This document shows positions 58,430 to 64,000 of a DNA stretch of 64,000 nt, one piece after another. The notes under the pieces are model-generated. The model did not search any database. It worked only from the letters and a program-made list of their open reading frames with translations, and was not told the DNA's origin. The stretch comes from an uncultured Ignavibacteria bacterium (GTDB lineage Bacteria > Bacteroidota > Ignavibacteria > Tepidaquicellales > OLB5). Every line of letters starts with the position of its first letter. Position 1 is the stretch's first letter. The stretch spans positions 143,214 through 207,213 of the forward strand of contig CALMYL010000017.1 in assembly GCA_937873695.1 (NCBI GenBank), given 5' to 3'. Made by a program: the position numbers and the translations under genes.

Positions 58430-58798
58430 ATGACGAAAGTTTACATAATATTATTAAGCCTATTCTTTGTCTTCGGCACTTTAAAAGTGAGCGCCGATAA
58501 TAAAGAACAGCTGGTGGATCTTAAGGGTAATCCTGATAAGTTCGAACTCAATCAAAATTATCCCAATCCATTCAACCCATCTACACAACTTTCGTATGAT
58601 CTGAAGACTGATGGCAACGTTAAATTAACAGTTTTTAACCTTGTCGGACAGTCTGTGCGGGTTTTAGTTGATGGTTTCCAGACAGCCGGATACTATGAAG
58701 TTACGTTTGACGCAAACGATCTTCCCGCAGGCATTTACCTCTATAAACTACAGGTCGGTGATTATTCTTCTGTAAAAAGAATGACCCTGGTTAAGTAG
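58430..58798 (+). CDS. Minimal T9SS substrate: signal peptide, a linker of about 25 aa, and the C-terminal sorting domain only
   Basis: 122 aa. Signal peptide (LSLFFVFGTLKVSA), then almost immediately LNQNYPNPFNPSTQLSY...GIYLYKLQVGDYSSVKRMTLVK. Confidence 0.7.
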   Translation: MTKVYIILLSLFFVFGTLKVSADNKEQLVDLKGNPDKFELNQNYPNPFNPSTQLSYDLKTDGNVKLTVFNLVGQSVRVLVDGFQTAGYYEVTFDANDLPAGIYLYKLQVGDYSSVKRMTLVK

Positions 58799-58875
58799 TT
58801 TACCCGTAATTCTTACGGTCGTAATACTTATCATTTATTAACATTTTCAAAAAATTTACCATTGGGGGTAATTTA

Positions 58876-59796
58876 ATGATTAAATTCATTACGAGATTTG
58901 TTTTTACAGTTTTTGCAGTTTTGCTTTCCGCTTCAGCAGTCCTAGCACAAAATTCAAACTTATACGTTATCGATAGCTTTGGTGATCACACAATGCCCGG
59001 TTGGTATTCCGGCGGCGATCTTTCAATGAAATATTCTCATAAAGAGGATAACCTCGAAAACGGCTACGGCGTAATTTCCTCATCAAACAAGCAGATCACA
59101 CCGAATTCGTTCGCAGGCTTAATCAGAAAAGAAGAAAAGCTCCAGGTTGCTGAAAATAATATACTTTCAGTTATGTTACAGGGTATCAACAATGATATGA
59201 CAGTAACGATCCAGGTATTGTTCGATAAGAATAATGACGGCAAGTACGATGAATCGACTGATGCAAGGCTTGAATCAAAACCATTCAGCATGAATTTTTC
59301 AGGCTGGAAAGAAGCTCATTTCAACATAAACCAGTCAGAATTCAAGATAGTATCAAAAAGCAAAGATGATGATTTCTCACTCCTTGAGATGGAAGCAATC
59401 GGGATCCAGTTCTCATTCCAGACAGGCAAAGATTTTGCTGCAAGCCCGGTTGAAACAGGCGTTGCAATGATCTCAGAGCGTTACAGCAAAGAGCTTAAAC
59501 AGGAAACCGCTCAGACTGATATGAATAACGGTGAGTCATATTTCACCGCAAGGAACTATCCTAACCCGTTTAACCCTGAAACAAAAATTACATACACATT
59601 AAAGAATTCAACCAGTGTTAAAATTACAGTTTATGACCGTTTAGGCCGTGAAGTTGTAGTTTTGGTTGATGAAAACCAGTCAGAAGGCGAACATGCAGTT
59701 TCATTCAATGCTGCAAACCTTCCGTCAGGCGTTTACTTCTACAGAATTAAAACTCCTGAAATGGTTGAAGTTCAGAAAATGGTATTTACTAAGTAA
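58876..59796 (+). CDS. Secreted hypothetical protein with T9SS C-terminal sorting domain
   Basis: 306 aa with a signal peptide (AVLLSASAVLAQ). The body of about 200 aa is unassigned. C-terminus ARNYPNPFNPETKITY...GVYFYRIKTPEMVEVQKMVFTK. Confidence 0.65.
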   Translation: MIKFITRFVFTVFAVLLSASAVLAQNSNLYVIDSFGDHTMPGWYSGGDLSMKYSHKEDNLENGYGVISSSNKQITPNSFAGLIRKEEKLQVAENNILSVMLQGINNDMTVTIQVLFDKNNDGKYDESTDARLESKPFSMNFSGWKEAHFNINQSEFKIVSKSKDDDFSLLEMEAIGIQFSFQTGKDFAASPVETGVAMISERYSKELKQETAQTDMNNGESYFTARNYPNPFNPETKITYTLKNSTSVKITVYDRLGREVVVLVDENQSEGEHAVSFNAANLPSGVYFYRIKTPEMVEVQKMVFTK

Positions 59797-59862
59797 TCAT
59801 CAATCCTGAGAAACTGCTGAAAGCAGTTCAGAAGGATCCCATAGATTTAACAAGTATTTTCA

Positions 59863-59891
59863 AAGGCACTCTAATTTAGAGTGCCTTTTTT
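59863..59891 (+). terminator. Rho-independent terminator after the 58876..59796 gene
   Basis: AAGGCACTCT-aattt-AGAGTGCCTT (10-bp stem) followed by T-rich TTTTTG. Confidence 0.8.
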
Positions 59892-59909
59892 GTTGCTTGT
59901 TTTTTGCTT

Positions 59910-60106
59910 CTGTACAAACGCACCAGCTTGCCAAGCCGAAGGTATGGCTGGGGCGTCTCTGGTAATAGTTATAGTTTAGTTTTCCATTTAGCATAATAAC
60001 GTTATCAAATTTTGAGACGTGCCAGCCCCCGAAGGGGCTCCTTCGAAGCGGCACGTCTGTACAGGTTCTTCGTCTTCGCAGAGTCTCTCCGCAGTAGGAC
60101 TCTGCG
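59910..60106. other. GC-rich, hairpin-dense intergenic element (candidate structured RNA or palindromic repeat element), strand unknown
   Basis: Three strong local structures. (1) 59918-59956: ACGC.CCAGC / GCTGG.GCGT. (2) 60015-60058: a 9-bp outer stem AGACGTGCC / GGCACGTCT enclosing AGCCCC-cgaa-GGGGCT. (3) 60077-60106: CGCAGAGTC / GACTCTGCG, 9 bp. CTGTACA occurs at 59910 and at 60057. Confidence 0.4.
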
Positions 60107-60118
60107 ATATATTAAAGC

Positions 60119-60154
60119 AATCATGTAAATCATGTAAATCATGTAAATCATGGT
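60119..60154. repeat. 9-bp tandem repeat AATCATGTA: three perfect copies and one degenerate copy
   Basis: Read directly. Copies at 60119-60127, 60128-60136 and 60137-60145, then AATCATGGT at 60146-60154. The array ends 5 nt before the -35 TTG of the phzF-family promoter. Confidence 0.9.
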
Positions 60155-60159
60155 CTGCC

Positions 60160-60190
60160 TTGAATTATCTCTCTCTTCCTTTTATCTTTG
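60160..60190 (+). promoter_or_regulatory. Promoter of the PhzF-family gene (TTGAAT-N17-TATCTTTG)
   Basis: TTG at 60160-60162, 20 nt, then TATCTTTG at 60183-60190. The ATG lies 42 nt downstream. Confidence 0.5.
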
Positions 60191-60232
60191 AAGACTAATA
60201 AAAGCCGCTCATAATTTAATTACATCATTCAA

Positions 60233-61033
60233 ATGAAATTACCAATATTCACAGTCGATGCATTTACTAATGAACCCTTCAAAGGAAATCCCGCAGCAGT
60301 TTGTCTGCTCAAAGAGGAAATACCAACCAGCCTTATGCAGAGCATAGCGTTTGAGCTTAATCTGGCTGAAACCGCATTCGTGCTAAAGGAAAAGGATTCC
60401 GATACCTACAGCCTAAGATGGATGACACCTGTCAGCGAAGTTGATCTCTGCGGGCATGCGACACTTGCCTCTTCGCACATTATATGGCAGGAAGGTATTT
60501 GCATAAAGGATGAAACAATAAATTTCAATACGCGAAGCGGTTTGCTTACAGCAAAATATAATAATGGCAAGATCACACTTGATTTCCCCGCAATCCCGCA
60601 GAAGAAAATTGAATATCCCCCGGAGCTTATCGATGCAATTGGCGGAGTGCAGCCTAAGTATGTTGGAATGACAAAATGGAATTATATCATTGAGCTTGAG
60701 AGTGAATCAGATATCATAAATCTGAAACCCGATTTTAATGTGATGCTTAAGCTTCCCGGGTGGGGAACCATCATAACAGCAGCGGCTGATATGCCCGGGT
60801 ATGATTTCATTTCACGCTTCTTCGCGCCTGAAAAAGGCATACAGGAAGACCCCGTAACAGGTTCAGCCCACTGCGCACTGGCTCCCTATTGGCAGGGCAG
60901 GCTGAATAAAAACACATTCAAAGCTTACCAGGCATCCGAGCGCGGCGGCACACTTGATATAGTTATTGAAGGCGAGAGGGTTTACTTGACTGGCGAAGGT
61001 GTGACTGTGATCAGCGGTGAGATTGAAGTGTAA
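60233..61033 (+). CDS. PhzF-family isomerase (phenazine biosynthesis-like protein)
   Basis: 266 aa with FTVDAFTNEPFKGNPAAV, LAETAFV, DLCGHATLAS and DPVTGSAHCALAPYW. Confidence 0.88.
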   Translation: MKLPIFTVDAFTNEPFKGNPAAVCLLKEEIPTSLMQSIAFELNLAETAFVLKEKDSDTYSLRWMTPVSEVDLCGHATLASSHIIWQEGICIKDETINFNTRSGLLTAKYNNGKITLDFPAIPQKKIEYPPELIDAIGGVQPKYVGMTKWNYIIELESESDIINLKPDFNVMLKLPGWGTIITAAADMPGYDFISRFFAPEKGIQEDPVTGSAHCALAPYWQGRLNKNTFKAYQASERGGTLDIVIEGERVYLTGEGVTVISGEIEV

Positions 61034-61108
61034 TATGTAGTTATTATATACTACAGAGAGTTTTACAGGCTGTTTAGATTCTGAATTCGTTTAATTATAT
61101 TGTACTAT

Positions 61109-62779
61109 ATGATTAAACGAATTTTTATTTTTATTGCCTTTGTACTTCTTCCTGTTGCGGTAAATGCTCAGGTCATACCGCAATATTCAGTTGTCATAAA
61201 TGACCCTGATGCAACAACGGGCTATTATTTTATTCATGGACTCAAACAAAACACTCCCACTGAAAATTTCAATTCAATGATACTCGACCGGTTCGGGCAA
61301 ATAGTCTTTATTAAAAAATATACCAGGGCACAAAACGATTTTAAACTTCAGCCCGATGGCACTATCTCTCATGCGGCGCCGACCGGAAGTAACGCAGGAG
61401 CAAGATATCACATACTGGATAGTATGTTCAACGTTATCGATTCTGTAAAATGCCCGGGCGGAATTTTCACCGACTTGCATGATGTACAGCTTCTGCCAAA
61501 TGGTAATTATCTTGTATTGGCATATGAGTTAATAACAATGGATCTATCCTCATACAACTATTTCAACGGAAACGGTTCACCCGGCAGCAGCGCTGCCACA
61601 GTGCTTAGTGTAATTGTTCAGGAACTGGATGATAACAACAATGCGGTATTCACGTGGAAAGCATCCGAACATTTTGATTTCAGCGATGTCACTGAAGAAT
61701 GGCTATTTTCACCCACGCTGGTTGACTGGACCCACAGCAACGCACTTGATAGAGATACCGACGGGAATATACTTCTCTCATCACGTCACTTCAATGAAAT
61801 TACAAAGATTAACAGGCAAACCGGAGCCATTATGTGGCGTCTGGGTGGGAAGCGTAATCAGTTCACTTTCAGCAGCGACCCGTATTCCGGATTCTGGGGT
61901 CAGCACGATATCCGCAGAATATCGAACGGGAATATTACTCTGTTTGATAACGGCTATAACTTAAATCCAATTCATCCCGCAAGAGCACTCGAATACCAGT
62001 TGAACGAAACTAACCTTACTGCAAATCTTGTTTGGAGCTATACTTACGGCAATAATATATACAGCAGATTCACAGGCGGCATGCAAAGACTCGCAAACGG
62101 CAATACCGTTATTGACTGGGGAAAACTCTCGGGCGGCAATTCAACTTTCAGCGTAGTTAAACCAAACGGAAATATTGTAATGGAAGTAAGCTCCTCAGAC
62201 AGTATGACATCATACAGAACATTTAATTATCCCGAACTTCCCTTTACTTTGCAGAGACCACCTTTGAACTGCAGTGTATCCGGCGGTAAACATTTCCTTG
62301 AAGCCCCTGAAGGGCACAGCTCATATTTATGGTCAACCGGAGAAATTACCAGAACCATTGAAATAACTTCTGCCGATACCTTTTATGTATATGTCCCATA
62401 CGGTGCAGGTGGTTATATCAGCTCTGAACGGATAGTGATAACTGATATTAAAGATCCGTGTTCTCAGGTTATCGGAATTGTACATAGTAACACCGAAATC
62501 CCGGAAAACTTCAGGTTGTATCAAAATTATCCAAATCCGTTTAATCCGGTAACAAAGATTAAGTTTGAGCTGCCAGAAGGTAATATATCCGGAAAAAATG
62601 TACAGCTAGTAATCTTTGATGTAACGGGCAGAGAAATTAAAATACTGTATAACGGTGAATACATAACCGGAAGCTATGAAATGGATTTTGACGCATCAGA
62701 TCTGCCAAGCGGTGTATATTATTACAGGCTTACGGCCGGAAGTTATTCAGATGTGAAAAAAATGGTTCTCTTAAAATAA
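61109..62779 (+). CDS. Arylsulfotransferase (ASST)-like beta-propeller protein with T9SS C-terminal sorting domain
   Basis: The track ORF starts at TTG 61100; ATG at 61109 (MIKRIFIF...) is more likely. ASST-type motifs DLHDVQLLPNGNYLVL, WTHSNALDRDTDGNILLSSRH, GQHDIRRISNGNITLFDNG. C-terminus LYQNYPNPFNPVTKIKF...VKKMVLLK. Confidence 0.75.
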   Translation: MIKRIFIFIAFVLLPVAVNAQVIPQYSVVINDPDATTGYYFIHGLKQNTPTENFNSMILDRFGQIVFIKKYTRAQNDFKLQPDGTISHAAPTGSNAGARYHILDSMFNVIDSVKCPGGIFTDLHDVQLLPNGNYLVLAYELITMDLSSYNYFNGNGSPGSSAATVLSVIVQELDDNNNAVFTWKASEHFDFSDVTEEWLFSPTLVDWTHSNALDRDTDGNILLSSRHFNEITKINRQTGAIMWRLGGKRNQFTFSSDPYSGFWGQHDIRRISNGNITLFDNGYNLNPIHPARALEYQLNETNLTANLVWSYTYGNNIYSRFTGGMQRLANGNTVIDWGKLSGGNSTFSVVKPNGNIVMEVSSSDSMTSYRTFNYPELPFTLQRPPLNCSVSGGKHFLEAPEGHSSYLWSTGEITRTIEITSADTFYVYVPYGAGGYISSERIVITDIKDPCSQVIGIVHSNTEIPENFRLYQNYPNPFNPVTKIKFELPEGNISGKNVQLVIFDVTGREIKILYNGEYITGSYEMDFDASDLPSGVYYYRLTAGSYSDVKKMVLLK

Positions 62780-62837
62780 TTTTTTCTTTGATTAAACTTC
62801 ATAAATAACATTTTGTAAAATATTATTAAATTATTTC

Positions 62838-62868
62838 TTGACACTCATTTAAAAAATTATTAGTTTTG
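62838..62868 (+). promoter_or_regulatory. Promoter (TTGACA-N17-TAGTTTTG) in front of a short transcript/uORF and the ABC exporter
   Basis: TTGACA at 62838-62843, then TAGTTTTG at 62861-62868. Confidence 0.5.
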
Positions 62869-62959
62869 TAATAACAGAATTTAGCACTAAATATTAACTC
62901 ACAAATATTTATAACTAACCAGAGCTTGTAAAAGGACTCTAAAATTAAACAAGAATAAA

Positions 62960-63070
62960 ATGAAAAACGGCATTAAAATATATATGATCCAGAATACAGC
63001 ACCAACTACAGTGCTCTTTGTGGACATTTTATGCCCGCTGGTTAGCGATAAACGGAGGTCTTTAGGATAA
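62960..63070 (+). CDS. Candidate 36-codon leader peptide/uORF (MKNGIKIYMIQNTAPTTVLFVDILCPLVSDKRRSLG)
   Basis: Hand translation. It lies between the 62838 promoter and the 63098 terminator. There is no Shine-Dalgarno and no homology evidence. Confidence 0.25.
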   Translation: MKNGIKIYMIQNTAPTTVLFVDILCPLVSDKRRSLG

Positions 63071-63097
63071 AACCTCATAAAATACAAAAGTTTAAGC

Positions 63098-63136
63098 AAA
63101 CCGCGGGTCATAACTAAAGACTCGCGGTTTTTTTTT
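63098..63136 (+). terminator. Rho-independent terminator or attenuator upstream of the ABC exporter
   Basis: AAACCGCGGGTC-ataactaaa-GACTCGCGGTTT followed by a T-tract (nine consecutive T at 63128-63136, the first three overlapping the stem). Confidence 0.75.
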
Positions 63137-63151
63137 GTACTGATTCAAACT

Positions 63152-63277
63152 TTGCGAAGGTACTTTAGTACCTGAAGCAATCCCATAATTAAAAAAAGAG
63201 ATTGCCGCGGGTGCTGAAGCACCCTCGCAAAAAGTAAAATTTTAAAAGTTTGCCGCGACTGCCTCTGGCAGTCTCGT
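63152..63277 (+). repeat. Three tandem stem-loops in the exporter leader. The last two are about 48-bp direct repeats with conserved flanks and fully different, compensating stems.
   Basis: 63152-63180: TTGCgaaGGTACtttaGTACCtgaaGCAA. 63204-63228: GCCGCG-GGTGC-tgaa-GCACC-CTCGC. 63252-63276: GCCGCG-ACTGCC-tct-GGCAGT-CTCG. The last two share the same 2-nt TC bulge architecture. Confidence 0.7.
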
Positions 63278-63309
63278 AAAATAAGAGAAGTTTAAAACGA
63301 AATTTTAAA

Positions 63310-64000
63310 ATGAAAAGTCTAAAGAAGTTATTCGAAATTTTAGGAAAATGGAAGTATGAGTACATCGCAGCTTCGCTGCTGCTCATAGTATCAGTTGGGT
63401 TCCGCTTACTTGAGCCCAAAATACTGCAAATGACTGTTGATAAGATCATTGCATTTTTTGTAACAGGCAAAGGTAACACAGTAACTGCAGATGATCATAT
63501 TACAAATTTCTTCTATTGGTTGCTGCCTGAGCTGAAAATTGAAAATTCAGGAATGATATTGATATACCTGGGTGTGATATTCCTTTCAATAGCGCTGTTA
63601 AGAGGTGTAACAATGCTATCATCCAGTACAATATCCGCCGCATCAACAGAAAAAGCTATGAAGAAGCTGCGTGACCGCTTATTCAGCCACCTGCAGCACC
63701 TGCCGATGAAGTACTTCGGCAAAACACCAACGGGTGAGCTTATCCAGCGCTGTACGGGTGATGTTGAAACTGTTCGCAAGTTCGCAACCATGCAGGTAAC
63801 GGAATCAATAAGGCTTGCGACAATATTTTTAGGCGCTTTCATAATGATGTACATGGTGAACACAACATATGCATTTATCGCAATAATGCTTTTCCCGATT
63901 ATGATAACCGCTTCATTTTTCTTCTTCAGGAAAGAAGGGGAGATATGGACGAAACATGAAGCCGAGCAGGATAAACTTACCGCAATGGTACAGGAAAATC
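63310..64000 (+). CDS. ABC transporter, fused permease/ATPase exporter type (MsbA/multidrug-like), N-terminal transmembrane domain only (continues past the right window edge)
   Basis: Hand translation from ATG 63310: MKSLKKLFEILGKWKYEYIAASLLLIVSVGFRLLEPKILQMTVDKII...LRDRLFSHLQHLPMKYFGKTPTGELIQRCTGDVETVRKF. This is the typical ABC_membrane (type I exporter) pattern. The frame is open to position 64000. The minus-strand track ORFs here are antisense shadows. Confidence 0.8.
   Translation, partial: MKSLKKLFEILGKWKYEYIAASLLLIVSVGFRLLEPKILQMTVDKIIAFFVTGKGNTVTADDHITNFFYWLLPELKIENSGMILIYLGVIFLSIALLRGVTMLSSSTISAASTEKAMKKLRDRLFSHLQHLPMKYFGKTPTGELIQRCTGDVETVRKFATMQVTESIRLATIFLGAFIMMYMVNTTYAFIAIMLFPIMITASFFFFRKEGEIWTKHEAEQDKLTAMVQEN

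Noticed and set aside
59860-60054. A 64-aa minus-strand ORF across the GC-rich intergenic element
   Set aside because: It has no start context. Its sequence (MPLRRSPFGGWHVSKF...) is dictated by the palindromic hairpins, so the region is better explained as structured nucleic acid.
62874-62900. TTAGCACT, which resembles a CIRCE (HrcA operator) half-site
   Set aside because: The second half, GAGTGCTAA, is not present at the required 9-nt spacing, and the downstream gene is not a chaperone.
62899-63111. A 70-aa minus-strand ORF in the exporter leader region
   Set aside because: It runs antisense to the promoter/uORF/terminator arrangement. It has no promoter motif or RBS on its own strand, and its composition looks non-coding.
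63189-63863. Two minus-strand ORFs of 96 aa and 116 aa
   Set aside because: The 116-aa ORF and the distal part of the 96-aa ORF are antisense to the plus-strand ABC exporter frame, which reads as a canonical ABC transmembrane domain from 63310. The start-distal part of the 96-aa ORF covers the hairpin-rich leader.
1-64000. A search for CRISPR arrays, rRNA genes, additional tRNAs, transposases, integrases, phage genes, reverse transcriptases or recognisable multi-gene defence systems
   Set aside because: No spaced direct-repeat arrays, no rRNA-like conserved blocks, no second T-loop/acceptor signature and no recombinase-like ORFs were seen by eye. The only toxin-like elements are the MazF-like and zeta-like genes reported above.

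Overview
The window looks like a chromosomal segment from an AT-rich bacterium of the Fibrobacteres-Chlorobi-Bacteroidetes (FCB) superphylum, most likely Ignavibacteria-like. Three things support this, all judged by eye with nothing computed. Six secreted proteins end in the type IX secretion (T9SS) C-terminal sorting signature (L/Y)xQNYPNPFNPxTxIxF. Shine-Dalgarno sequences are rare. Eight intergenic sites match one promoter pattern, TTGAnn-N17-TAnnTTTG, which resembles the Bacteroidetes -33/-7 type. About 52 protein genes and one tRNA-Thr(CGT) are supported. The housekeeping backbone is ahcY, aspS, split heptose genes hldA/hldC, tamB-like, rnr, priA, trxB, purL, metK, lon, mtnA, recO and htrA, plus an mlaEFD transporter. 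I found no rRNA, CRISPR array, transposase, integrase or reverse transcriptase.

Observations worth a second look:
- A duplicated three-gene module (SPOR lipoprotein plus two paralogous outer-membrane beta-barrels) at 46.7-51.5 kb.
- A four-gene insert with overlapping or abutting reading frames between aspS and ahcY: unknown 121-aa protein, macro domain, antitoxin, MazF-like toxin.
- A promoter, 36-codon uORF, intrinsic terminator and covarying hairpins in front of an ABC exporter at the right edge.
- A GC-rich structured intergenic element and a 9-bp tandem repeat upstream of a phzF-family gene.
- A putative heme-type uptake locus: IsdG-like oxygenase with the Asn/Trp/His triad, lipoprotein and TonB-dependent receptor.
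- A PdeM-like metallophosphoesterase scaffold with mutated catalytic residues and no canonical start codon.
- Apparently leaderless aspS and lon transcripts.

All functional calls rest on motif recognition and recalled family knowledge. No database search was possible.
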